Shown here piece by piece: positions 1 through 11,918 of a stretch of DNA of 64,000 bases. The DNA comes from Lama glama (lineage: Eukaryota), in contig CM052818.1 of NCBI GenBank assembly GCA_028534125.1, positions 10,790,001-10,854,000 of the forward strand, in the 5' to 3' direction. The notes below the pieces were generated by a model that was not told the origin of the DNA, did not search any database, and worked only from the letters and a program-made list of their open reading frames with translations. The translations under genes and the position numbers were made by a program. The number at the start of each line of letters is the position of its first letter. Within the stretch, counting starts at the first letter, position 1.

Positions 1-118
1 CAGCTTGGAATTTGCTGGAGAGATGAGGGAGGAGACGAACTGGTGTCTGCATTAACTTGCTTCCCATGTAGCATCTCACACCATTAACTCCAGAGAGTTG
101 CCTCACCATTATGCTAGT

Positions 119-350
119 CCAGCATCTTGGGCACATGGTCCTAAGACCACAGATTTAACCAGTTGAATAAAATGCCAACAACCTGCAGAGGGCTCAGAAT
201 GACCAGTTTTCACAGCCTGACGACTTGTAGCCAGCATCTTGGGCACATGGTCCTAAGACCACAGATTTAACCAGTTGAATAAAATGCCAACAACCTGCAG
301 AGGACTCAGAATGACCAGTTTTCACAGCCTGACGACTTGTAGCCAGCATC
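119..350. repeat. 112-bp tandem duplication (two copies plus 8-bp CCAGCATC)
   Basis: 119-230 and 231-342 are identical except G192/A304. CCAGCATC occurs at 119, 231 and 343. Confidence 0.97.
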
Positions 351-404
351 CAGAAGTGCTTCCCTCTGTTGTGGGGACGATGATTATAATTGCTCCCAAA
401 ATAG

Positions 405-478
405 CCTATTCGGCACCCAGCACAGTGCCTCATACATAGTAAGTATTTAATAGCTTTTTTTGTGGTCTGAATGGATTT
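405..478 (+). mobile_element. L2 3' end fragment
   Basis: cccagcacagtgcctcatacatagtaagtatttaata resembles the L2/MIR 3' tail. Confidence 0.6.
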
Positions 479-1397
479 GTAAGAGAATGAATGTGCTTGG
501 GTATATTTGGAGCAAATTATCTATGTTTGGTCAATTTTCTTTTTCAAATAAAAGATCTACAAATGATTGCTAGCAAAAATAAATAAATAAAGCCAGAGTG
601 GAAAAAAAAATCTGTTTGAGACAAACACATTGTGTCCTGAAAGATCTATTCTGTCCTGCCAGCAGTCTCATTGGCTGTGATTTGTATATTAAGAAGATTT
701 TAATTGCTCAGGTAAGTGCCTGCACCTGCTAAGACATTGTGTATTAGAGCACTTTATTCTAATCTTTTACAATACAGGGCACACTTCACCCATAAAATTA
801 TTCTCTGCACAATTATCACTCTGTTTTGCTGAGGTAAAGTGCAACTTAACACTTTGGGTTTCACTCATTATTATTAAAATCATGGAAATTAGGATCATTG
901 GGTAAAGCTTGTGCTGTTAACTGCTGAATTGCCCCTGTCCTTTCTGCTCCTCTTTTGCTTGCACCAGTGAGCAGGATTTGAGTGAGTTTGTAGTTATCTG
1001 CAAGCATGGTTGGGCTGGATTGTTTTCAACACAAAAGGTGTTATAAACCCCCAGCAGAGCTTTTTCTTCTGGAGCTCAGGGAACATATGAGCTAGCTGGT
1101 TTTCTTCTTTATTTAAATTATTTTTTCTAATTAGAAAAGAATTGCAAAAGGAAAATTAAAAATAATTCTGTGTAGAAAGTATTAGAAAATGAAGAAAATA
1201 CAGGGAAAAAACAATAAAATATTCATAACCAATCATTATTCATGTGATTTTGCTACACTTTGTTCTCATCTATACATAAATAGAATACCTAAAGCACAAA
1301 CACACACTCTCACACATCCACAGAAGCACCCAGTTTCCAGGTTGGAATATAAGCAAAAGAGTGGTTAACATTTTTCTTTTCCTAAGATAAACTACAG

Positions 1398-1602
1398 CAG
1401 GGGTTGGTAAACTATAGCTTGCAGGCCAGGGCCTGCCTGTTGTCATTAATAAAGTTTTATTGAGCACGGCCATGTCCCTTTGTTTATGTATAGTCTGTGG
1501 CTGCTTTCATGCTACAACAGTAGGTGGAGTTGAGTAGTCACAATAGAGACCATATGGCCCACAAAGCCTAAAATGTATACAGAAAAAAGCCTGTTGACCC
1601 TG
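1398..1602. mobile_element. MER58A (hAT-Charlie MITE)
   Basis: Termini caggggttggtaaact...ttgaccctg. Internal aataaagttttattg and gagaccatatggcccacaaagcctaaaat. 8-bp TSD aactacag (1390-1397) / aattacag (1603-1610). Confidence 0.92.
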
Positions 1603-1920
1603 AATTACAGTAGCAACATTTTGCCACACATCTTGCACTGACAACCAGGTGCCTTGTTCTGATGTTAGCAATGTCACTGCAGTGTCACTTCAGTGATTGC
1701 ATTATCAATTTATTTGATGGCCAGCACTTAGATATTGTGTCCTACTTGTGGTCTGGTTTGACCTAGCTCATCGGTATTACATACCCACTTCATGGTGGTG
1801 CCTCATTTCTTCACACATTTTTATCCCACTTTCATGAGGTTTGGCAGCACCCTGACTGCCTGTGCTTCCAACAGTGGTAATCTAGAGGCGATCCTAGACT
1901 CTGCCTTCTCCTTTTCCTAA

Positions 1921-2076
1921 ACACTGGTTATCAAACTGCAGTGTGCCTTAATGTGCACCCCAACAGATCCTGAGTCAGAGGATCTGGGAAGGGGCCTGGG
2001 AATCTGTGTTTCAAACAAGCATTCCTTGGTGATTCTGTTGTAGGTGGTTTATGCAACCTCATTTGGAGAATACTGC
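1921..2076. mobile_element. MER5-like hAT-Charlie element
   Basis: tgagtcagaggatctgggaaggggcctgggaatctgtgtttcaaacaagc...ggtgattctg is the MER5A/B core. Confidence 0.75.
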
Positions 2077-2852
2077 CTTAGGCCCTTTTTCTTCTCTCCA
2101 TCTGCCCTACCAAATTTATCTGCTCTCCTTTCCAACCACTAAGGTCTTAGGACTCAGCTAGGAATTGAAAAATCCATTGGGAATTAGAAGGTTAGATGTA
2201 GTAGTCTCCAGGCATTACGACTTCCTGAAGACAAAGTCTTAACCTGGAGAAGTAGTTCTGAAAATTTCAAATCAGTAGCATGTCAGTGTAGAAGTCTAGA
2301 CAAGTGGATCTTTAGATGCCCCTAAAATATGACCATGAAATCTGTACTTGGACCAGCCCTATTGAACACTGACTGTTTAATAGGCGCTCCTTAAATTTTG
2401 GAGATATTCTAGATACTAAGCAAACAAAACCAAGCAGTGAGCTGACACATTAGGCAAATCTTCATTGGTTGGAAATAGTTCTATTTATCTTAGTTTCTGT
2501 GGTTCACCTTTTCTTTCACTTCATCCATTAGCTATCACCTTTCAGTGACACCATTCGAAACCTCTTTGGACACAGTACAGACTCTGTCCATGTGAATGCT
2601 GATTTGTAGTTATAATAACGTTATTTGGATTACTAACAGAGTAACTTTTTATCAAAAGCCTAAATTAATTTCCTGATTGAGAGTTTCATTTCGGTGCATT
2701 GACTGCAGGTATTAAAAGAAATGGTTTCTTTTCTCCTCTAACTCATGAGCATGTCTTTAATAGCTGTTATAGATTTGTAAGGACTATAAACCCTCAGGTT
2801 ACTGCATCATCTCCACAACTGCCCTGTCTTTAGGCAACACAGCCCTGGAAAG

Positions 2853-3290
2853 CAATCATTTGAACAATTACTATTTTTCGAGAATCTGAGTATACCCAGT
2901 ACTGGTTTAGGGATAATGGGGGAATACAGAAGTATCATAAAGCATAGTTTCAGTTCTAGAATTACTTACACTATGATTAGAGAGAAAGATAATTAGCTAG
3001 CTTATAACAGGGGCACCATTCAGGGTGGTAGAGTTAGACCCTTGGTGTTCAGTGTTTTAACGTTTATTTATTCAAATAGTTAAGTATTTATTGAATGCTT
3101 ACTGTGCGTAGGTACTGTTCTAGTAGTGAACAAGAGAGACAATAACCCTTGCCCTTAGAAAGCTTATATTCTAGTGGAGATGACAGAAAATAAACCATTG
3201 TATGAGAGCTATAAATGCTCAGGAGAACAAGAATAAAGCAGAAAAGAGGGGATCAGAGGATGTGTCTTTAAGGGTTAGGGGAAGGGATGG
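2853..3290 (-). mobile_element. Two L2 3' fragments
   Basis: tatttattgaatgcttactgtgcgtaggtactgttctag...cccttgcccttagaaagcttatattctagtgg at 3063-3290. A more decayed copy lies at 2853-2992. Confidence 0.7.
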
Positions 3291-3594
3291 AGGTTAATTT
3301 ATTTGTAAGCTACTCTAAAGGCTCAAAAACTAAATCTCCTGAACTTTGAGATCAGTGTTCAATGTGTAGATCCTATCCTTTAATGCTCCTAAATCAGAAC
3401 CTGAAGGCTGCTGTGTTCTGGAGTTCTCTTCAAGCAGGCAGAAATTCTAATCAAGATAAAACTTTATTTCTTTACAAAACATAGTCTTAAAAGAGAATGT
3501 ATAATTCAATGACATGAAGACGTTTGGGAATTTATGAATGTAAGTACATATCTGAGTTCTGGCGGAAGTGTCTGGAGGCTTTTCTGGCCAGACT

Positions 3595-3866
3595 TTTGCA
3601 TGTTTTGCTCCTTACCGTCTGATCTCAGCTCCTAAGAGAGGTCTCTCCTGATCACCTATCTAAATCACCCCCATCACCACATTACCTTAATTTTGCCACT
3701 TAATTTTTTTCATGTCATTTATCACTAATTGATATGTGTATGTATAATGTATATGATAATTGCTATTTTTCTCTATTAGAAAGAAAGCCTCAAGAGCATA
3801 TGGAATTTGTTTGTTTTGGCCTTGGCACAAAATAAGTTCTCAAATCATATTTGTTGAATGAAAGAA
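3595..3866 (+). mobile_element. L2 3' fragment
   Basis: agaggtctctcctgatcacctatctaaa...atatttgttgaatgaa tail. Confidence 0.7.
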
Positions 3867-4089
3867 GACTGCCAAGAGTTAGCTAGATCCAACCATAGGC
3901 AAGAAAGAGAAAAATCATCCTGACCCTTACCCTTAAAAATGATCTCAACCTAATTTAAGATTCAAGTTGTCCCCTTTCCCCATTCTATTAAAAAGTTATA
4001 CATTATATTTTTGTTCTTCTGGTGACTACTTTTAAATTTTAATAGGCTTCTTTTACTTAACAAACCTTAAAATGAATATATATTTTTAC

Positions 4090-4489
4090 ACTCCTAAAAA
4101 TGCAAGGATTTTAGCCTTCCAAAGATCTTTTCATGCACATTTGTCTTGTTCATTATGTCTTATATTTCAGTTCCACCTTATTTTTATATCCTTCCAATCA
4201 TTTTTATAAATATTGATTGATACAGTCAGTGCTTATTTATTACTCACATTTTATGTCTCTTGTTTTTCATCTTAAAGCTTAGTTCTGTATTTAATCCCTT
4301 GTTTCTGATGAACATTCTTTAGTAGTTCTGTCAGTATGCTCTCAGTATTTGCCTGAAATAAATTTATTTATCCTTCCATTAGAATGATAGTTTAATTGGG
4401 TATAGAATTATAATTTGACAGTTTTTCTCTCTCTCAGCATTTAGAAACTACTGTTCCATTCTTTCTAGCTTTTTTGATCTGGAGAAATC
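4090..4489 (-). mobile_element. Old L1M/HAL1 ORF1-region fragment
   Basis: gatagtttaattgggtatagaatt...tttctctctctcagcatttagaaactactgttccattctttctagc...gagaaatc is typical antisense old-L1 ORF1. Confidence 0.65.
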
Positions 4490-5064
4490 TTTGACACTCT
4501 ACCTAATAAGAGGTGGGGTCTATATCTCTTCCCCTTGAGTCTTAATGATTACTGTGACTGTTTGATCAATGAAATATGGTGAAACTGACACCATGCCAAT
4601 CTGGGCATAAGCCTTGAAAGATTGGCAGTTTTCATGTCTTTCCTCTTGGAATTCTCACTCTCAGGAAGCCAGATTCCATCTAAGAAATTTGATTACCCTG
4701 ATTCTGTATGCTGTGAGGAAGCCCATGTGAGTCACATGGAAGAAATGCATAGAACCAATCATCTCAAGCCAAGTGACAAACATAGGAGTGAAAAAGCCAT
4801 CTTAGACATTTAATCCTCTGCTGATGTGGTGTAGAGAAATCCAAGGTCACAGACATATGACCCATCTCATTGTCCCAGTCTTCTCCAACTATTCAAGATA
4901 CCCAAGCTGAGACCTGAATCACTGTGGGGCAGGGACTAGCTGTCCACACTGTGCTCTGCTCAAATTCCTGACCTATAAAATCATGAGCATAACAGCATGG
5001 TTACTGTTATACATCATTAAGTTTGAGGAGATTTGTTACAAATTAATAGATATGTGGAATAACA
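4490..5064 (+). mobile_element. MaLR solo LTR (MLT1F/G/H-like)
   Basis: tttgacactc...agaggtggggtctat, atgctgtgaggaagccca, caaattcctgaccta...ttaagtttgaggagatttgttaca. Confidence 0.85.
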
Positions 5065-5129
5065 GTATTTTCTCTTTACAATACTTAGGTCATATTGGGA
5101 AATTATACATGTATTAGTGTGAATATTTG

Positions 5130-5255
5130 TTTTATGTTTATCTTTCCCAAAAGAGTAGATTCTGTGAAAGGAAAAAGAAAATATACTTTGTTTTATGCCT
5201 TATTCTCAGAGTATAACCCATAGATTCTCAATAAATATTTGATGAATGAATACAT
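5130..5255 (+). mobile_element. L2 3' tail
   Basis: ctcaataaatatttgatgaatgaat terminus. Confidence 0.6.
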
Positions 5256-8189
5256 ATTTTGAAAAGTTTACATGGCTTAATTTTTTTGTACTGTTCTTTA
5301 TTATGAAGTCTTTCTAAAATTTATTTTTCTAATATTGTTTATCTGGGCTTCTGTAGTCCGCTAAGAAAACCAATTAAAATAATAAATGAAAAAAGCTTCA
5401 AAAATTCAGTTTAATCTGCAGGTGCAAAATCTGGTTCTTTTTATGTTTCTAAGGCTTAGCTGTACCTTCTATACTGATGATCTCCCTGGACACAGAGGCT
5501 GGAAATAGTCAATGAACAAAAAAAAGCTAGACTGAGTAGGTAAGAGCACACATTGAAAAGTTTAGTATTTAAATTTAAAGATTATTTAATCACTTTTATT
5601 CTAAAATCTGGGAAACATCAGAATGCCTCCCCCAAATGGGCTCTGGCTCTACTATGTAGGATGTGATGATGTACCCACTTCATGGTTTCCTGACATCTGT
5701 TGCTCCATTTCTTCATGGACAGCTGCTGAAAGTCTCATCTGTTTGTTCTCCTTGTCACTTGGTTATTTCTGCTTTCACCCTCCAAAGATATTTAATCCCT
5801 TAGTAATGAGAACCTCTTGAAATAGAATTTGGGGGAAACAACTATTTGTTTATTTTTTCAGATTCCACTATGTCGTAGAAAGTAAAGTCAGCTTATACAG
5901 ATACATAAAATATAATAAGATAAATTTTTAAAGACAGAGAAAGGAGGAAAGGAATGAAGTAAAAGAAGGAAAATAAAAGGCAATAAAGTGGTCCTTATAT
6001 ACTATTCAGAAAATTCAAGCCATAATGACTTTTTTTTTTTTTTTGCTTTTGGTGGACCAGCATTTGTCCCTAAACATGACAAGAAAGGGGAAACTGGTCA
6101 GTTACATGGTTCAAAGTGTCCATAATATGAATGTAAAGCAATTGTTCTGAAGTATGGTTTTTCTTGGTTCCCATACCACATAATAATGTTTCCCAGGTTC
6201 CTCATAAAGGGGACCCCAAAGGAGGAACAAAAGAGTTTCAGCTGAACTGTACTTTAGACAGCATTTAGGAGAGGCTGTAAGCAGTTGAGGAATTCAGAAG
6301 AGAATAGATTGCTTTCATATTTGTATTCCTACTTACTAACAGTGGCAGGCAAATAGTAGAAATATTCCTTACATGTATGCAAAAGAGAAAATTTGTGATT
6401 TATTGATCATCTTTAACAGAAAGTTCTCTGGAAGAGGAACTTTCTTTCAAGGACTTGATGTAACATCTGGCACCACTTCCATCACCATTCACACAGGGTT
6501 GCTATGGAAAGAGCATCCTGTCTTGAGGGGAGTGATGGATACCACTGAGAGTTAAGCAAATATTAATTGTGTAAAACTGAGAATGCTGTTTTGGGTTTAG
6601 ATGGCTTGGAGAAAATGTCTATGTAGCTTCTGTAGTCATCACTGAGATCCTGAGAACTTGGGGGTGGACAGTAATAGCTGGTGCTGTGAACTTACATCCC
6701 CTCCCTACTATCCAGAGCAGCTGTCAGTCATTTTACTTTATGCCTTTGGTCCTCTAATTCCCTCACCTTGAGCTCTTTTTATTATAATAAAATCTCAGGA
6801 TTGACCATTTTCCCCCCATTTTTCTGGATTAAATCATAAAATATCTGTCCATATTCAGTCAATATTGAAGCTTACTTTTCCAAGCCATAGTTCTCTTCTC
6901 TTTACCAACCTTTCTGTCTACTGAACAATAATTATACTGTGGCCTGAAAGACACAGTATCATTGTGTGGTTTAAAGTCAGAGTAGAAAAGGGGGGGTGGT
7001 GCATAACAATGAGGCTATGGTGTTCTTTGCTGTGTTGCAACTGTCCACCTAGGTTATGTGAGAAGGCCCAAAGGTGAAGCCAAGTCACAAAAATAGGTAG
7101 CTTTATTATACACTGCTCCACCCTCGGAAGCATATTGCTTCAATTAGAACAATGCTACACATTTTGTGTTGGTAAAGAATGAAGCAGTCTTTCCCTTTAT
7201 TTTCTTTGGTCAGCATTTTCTTTACTTGGAAAAGCAGCCCCTGTGTGAAAAAGCAGGAAACAAAGCACCCTCATTTGGACTTCACTTTTACCCCTGCCAG
7301 TGAAACATCAAAATATTGCAGGGGGCAGGACTCCTGAGATGGCATTTTCCACCTCCCCCAATCCAGTCATCTGGCCATTGAAATGGAGACGCTAGTTGAT
7401 TTTCTCCCTGCCTTGTTTTTTTTTTTAAACCTCAGAATATGCTTTTTAAAGGGCTGGCTAACATTTCTTTGCCAAGACAGAACACCTGTACAATAAAAGG
7501 GAAAGAGAGCTAGGGAGTGCAGAACTTTGCTGCTGCTCCATTGACTGGGCTGTGTTGCAGATACTGAGAAAGTCCACCGAGCCCACTGTGGCTGTCAGAA
7601 GGGAGGGCATACATGGTAATCCTCCAGTGAGCAGAGTGTTAAGGGGGCCATCAGACTAGACTGTGTTTGGGGAAACTCACAGACTTTAGGCATCATGGTG
7701 ACAGACCCACAACACATATGCAGCCCTTGCCCAGTGGAATTGGTTGCCATCCAAAACAGTTATATCTGGCAAGTCCTGAAAGTGGAATTTTGTGTATGTG
7801 GGTACCGGGCTGTAGGGCAGGAAATGGCTTGGAGGAGGCTGGATGCAATAATCATTCTCTCTTGCTTTTATGAGCAGTTACCTCCAAGTTGGCTGTCCTT
7901 GTGCACACAGAGGGGAGGTCAAACGGCGAGGGCAGCTAATGTTTCTGTAGACTAGCCACACAGCTTTGGCCAGGTGGTCCCCTCTGCACTGAATTGATTT
8001 TCAAAAAGTTATATTGCTTTGTGAAACTGGAATCTGAAGAGAATGAGAAGAGTGAGAGAAAGATGTAGCGGCCGAGTTCATCGTCTTGCTTGGCCTACAT
8101 TTGATGGGAAATTGTACCTATAGGAGGAACGGCTAAGAAAAGGCAGGCTTCAGGTAATCAGGACTACATGGGTGTTCCACAAGCCGTCT

Positions 8190-8405
8190 AGTATAAAAGA
8201 AAGGGAACTGCTCTGACATTGGACTGAAATAGGAGTTTAAACCAGTGGCTCTGTCACTTTCTAGCTGTATCACCTTGGACAAGTTACTGAGCCTTTCTGA
8301 ACCTCTGTGTTCTCATATATAAAGTGGGATACTGGAGAGTATTGTTGGCAGAATCAAACAAAAGATCCTGTTTATATTTAAGTGCCTAACTTAGTCCTTG
8401 GCACT
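8190..8405 (+). mobile_element. MIR SINE
   Basis: Core: ggctctgtcactttctagctgtatcaccttggacaagttactgagcctttctgaacctctgtgttctcat. Confidence 0.85.
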
Positions 8406-8662
8406 ACTGCCATCCTCCTTGCTGCATTATCTTTCTCATTATGGTTACTTGTTTTGTCCTCTAGGCACATGGTCTTAAAACATTATTATTGTGATCTAAT
8501 ATCACTGAGAACACTTACATGTCACTGATCAACGTAGTTGTAAAGCAAGAATAATGCCTTTCCTTTTTTGAATTTAGAACTTACATTTTTTTTTCAAATA
8601 GGCAAGAGAAATTATGTTTTGATTTATTCAGTACTTTGTTTAGTTAAGAATTACTCAAAATA

Positions 8663-10450
8663 AATAAAGGCTGTATATGACAAACCTGCAGCCAGCATTA
8701 ATACTCAACAGTGAAAAACTCAAAAGCTTCCCACTGAAATCTGGGACAAGACAAGGCTGCCCACTGTCACCACTCCTATTCAACATAGTCTTGGAAGTCC
8801 TAGCCACAGCAATCAGGCAAGAGAGAGAAATAAAAGGGATCCAAATTGGAGAAGAAAAGGTAAAAGTGTCACTGTATACACATGACATGATACTATATAT
8901 AGAAAACCCTAAAAGGTCCACACAAAAACTACTAGAAATAATCAAAGAATTCAGCAGTGTAGCAGGTTACAAGATTAATGTTCAAAAATCAGTTGCATTT
9001 CTTTACACTAATGATGAATCAACAGAAAAAAAAAGTAAAGAAACAATCCCCTTTAAAATAGCACCCTAAGTAATAAAATACCTAGGAATAAATCTAACCA
9101 AGGAGGTGAAAGACTTATACACGGAAAACTATAAAACACTGATTAAGGAAATAAAAGAAGACTTAAAAAAAATGGAACGATATCCCATGCTCCTGGATTG
9201 GAAGAATCAATATTATTAAAATGGTCATACTGCCCAAGGCAATCTACAGACTTAATGCAATCCCTATCAAATTACCCAGGACATATTTCACAGAACTAGA
9301 ACAAATCATAATAAAATTTATATGGAACCATCAAAGACCTAGAGTTGCCAAAGCATTATTGAACAAAAAGAAAGAGGCTAGAGGAACAACTCTCCCAGAC
9401 TTCAGACACTACTACAGAGCTACAGTCATCAAGACAGCATGGTATTGGTACAAAAACAGACATATGGAGCAATGGAACAGAATAGAGAGCCCAGAAATGA
9501 GTGCACAAACTTTTGGTCAACTAATCTTCAACAAAGGAGGCAAGAATATACAATGGAATAAAGACAGTTTCTTCAGCAAATGGTGTTGGGAAAACTGGAC
9601 AGCAGCATGTAAATCAGTGAAANNNNNNNNNNNNNNNNNNNNNNNNNNNNNNNNNNNNNNNNNNNNNNNNNNNNNNNNNNNNNNNNNNNNNNNNNNNNNN
9701 NNNNNNNNNNNNNNNNNNNNNNNNNNNNNNNNNNNNNNNNNNNNNNNNNNNNNNNNNNNNNNNNNNNNNNNNNNNNNNNNNNNNNNNNNNNNNNNNNNNN
9801 NNNNNNNNNNNNNNNNNNNNNNNNNNNNNNNNNNNNNNNNNNNNNNNNNNNNNNNNNNNNNNNNNNNNNNNNNNNNNNNNNNNNNNNNNNNNNNNNNNNN
9901 NNNNNNNNNNNNNNNNNNNNNNNNNNNNNNNNNNNNNNNNNNNNNNNNNNNNNNNNNNNNNNNNNNNNNNNNNNNNNNNNNNNNNNNNNNNNNNNNNNNN
10001 NNNNNNNNNNNNNNNNNNNNNNNNNNNNNNNNNNNNNNNNNNNNNNNNNNNNNNNNNNNNNNNNNNNNNNNNNNNNNNNNNNNNNNNNNNNNNNNNNNNN
10101 NNNNNNNNNNNNNNNNNNNNNNGAATAGACTTACCATATGACCCAGTCATCCTGCTCCTGGGCATCTATCCAGAAGGAACCCTACTTCAAAAAGATACCT
10201 GCACCCCAATGTTCATAGCAGTACTATTTACAATAGCCAAGTCATGGAAACAGCCTAAATGTCCATCAAGAGATGACTGGATAAAGAAGATGTGGTATAT
10301 TTATACAACAGAATACTATTCAGCCATAAAAATGACAACATAATGCCATTTGCAGCAACATGGATGTCTCTGGAGAATGTCATTCTAAGTGAAGTAAGCC
10401 AGAAAGAGAAAGAAAAATACCATATGAGATTGCTTGTTTGTGGAATCTAA
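8663..10450 (+). pseudogene. Disrupted L1 ORF2 (RT and C-terminal part)
   Basis: ORF pieces 8677-9069 and 9221-9622; ends KYHMRLLVCGI* at 10450. The catalytic (F/Y)ADD reads YTHD, there is a stop at 9067-9069, frameshifts near 8700 and in an A-run near 9170, and no EN domain. Confidence 0.93.
9623..10122. other. Assembly gap of exactly 500 N
   Basis: Counted N run. The round number suggests a scaffolding placeholder. Confidence 0.99.
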
Positions 10451-10959
10451 AAAAAAAAAAAAGGATAAATACAAAACAGAAACAGACTCATAGACAATAG
10501 ACATAGAATACAAACTTGTGGTTGCCAAGGGGGAGGAGGGTGGGAAAGGATAGACTGGGAGTGCAAAATTTGTACATACTGACAGGCATATGTAGAATAG
10601 ATAAACAAGATTGTACTGTGTAGCACAGGGAAATATATACAAGATCTTGTGGTAGCTCACAGTGGAAAAAAAAATGTGACAATGAATATGTATGTTCATG
10701 TATAACTGAAAACTTGTGCTCTACACTTGAATTTGACACAACATTGTAAAATGACTATAACTCAATAAAAAAAAGTTTAAAGAAAAAAAAGAGTTACTCA
10801 AAATAGTAGCTTAATTTGCAGATGTTTTCTTTAGGGAGTGTTTTTCACAAGATCCAGCCTCTCAAAGTGCTAGCAATGTGGCATTTAGTAAGTCATGTCT
10901 CTTCATTTTCTTCATTTATGAAATAATGCATGTGGTCCTTCCAATTCTCACCCACTATG

Positions 10960-11145
10960 CAGAACTCATTTGAGCCACATAAAATCCCAAAGAGTTTCTT
11001 AAGGTAGAGATTGCTTCCCTTATTTTACATACTAGCCAAAATATTCAAAGAATTTAGTTACATGGTCTGTCCAAGGTCACTACTCATAAGTAGAGAAGCT
11101 AGGGCTTGAACCAAGAACTTCCAGTCCTAAGGAGAGCATTCTGCT
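10960..11145 (-). mobile_element. MIR
   Basis: tgtccaaggtcac...taagtagagaagctagggcttgaacca. Confidence 0.65.
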
Positions 11146-11537
11146 CAGTGATCACATGAAAATGATAACAATGTCTTAAATAATGAGGACACATTAAAGC
11201 TTATTAACTGTACTGTTTCACTGGTTTCACAGGCACTTCAGAATTTTTATAGTTCTTTGTGGTTATCCGTATAATAGCATTTATTACTATTAAAAATCAA
11301 TGATCACCATTCAGTCATGTAGTCTGCTTTCAAAAGTTTGAAGAGATTGGGCAGAACCTGTATTGACCCTTTAATATTCTCAGAATATCACCACTTTCCA
11401 CTGAGTAAATAATTATTTTTTATGTCAAATGAGACTTATTCCCTTAGATGTTATTATCTCCTTCTCATACAGTGTTTAAAAAGGCTGGCAGTTTGACTTT
11501 TATTGTTAATTTTATTCAAAGATGATGACGGTATTGA

Positions 11538-11762
11538 TAATAATATTAGTAGATAACATTTGGTGAGCTCTTACTTAAAAGTGTCAGGCTCTTTGCTTAG
11601 CACTTCATACAGATTTTGCCATTTAATCCTCTCAGTTAGACTTATGGAGTTATCACATCTCTTATCCTCATTTTACAGTTAAGGAAACTGAGACTTAAAG
11701 AGGTTAAATGCTTGGGTCACAGACCTAGAAAGCATTAGCACCAGAAATTGAACTCAGATCAT
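11538..11762 (-). mobile_element. MIR (MIRb-like)
   Basis: catttaatcctc...tatcctcattttacagttaaggaaactgagacttaaagaggttaaat. Confidence 0.9.
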
Positions 11763-11834
11763 TTATTCTTATATATCTTTCAGAGGTAGGTTGGCTTGTA
11801 TCTTTAAAATACTGTTGAGCTGAAGCCTTATAAT

Positions 11835-11918
11835 TAATCCATTCAGTCAATATTTGTCCAGGACCCACTATGCATCAGGCATAGTGTGGGGGTTAGAGAG
11901 ACAATAGTGAACAAAGTA
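11835..11918 (-). mobile_element. L2 3' tail
   Basis: cattcagtcaatatttgtccaggacccactatgcatcaggcatagtg...gacaatagtgaacaa. Confidence 0.7.

Larger units (their letters stand above)
8663..10788 (+). mobile_element. Young 5'-truncated LINE-1 with camelid-type 3' UTR
   Basis: ORF2 RT motifs ([29 protein letters not shown]), 3' UTR, AATAAA at 10764 and an A-rich tail. TSD AAGAATTACTCAAAATA (8646-8662) / AAGAGTTACTCAAAATA (10789-10805) at a TT/AAGA endonuclease-type site. Confidence 0.97.

Noticed and set aside
119..350. CRISPR-like or functional repeat array
   Set aside because: Only two near-identical units with no spacers, in mammalian DNA; a simple tandem duplication.
663..716. Plus-strand CAG/gtaagt donor with a short upstream exon
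   Set aside because: Weak acceptor and no supporting neighbouring exons.
9221..10165. Long ORFs of 306, 206 and 183 aa
   Set aside because: Their length comes from translating through the N gap. The only real part is the L1 ORF2 remnant.
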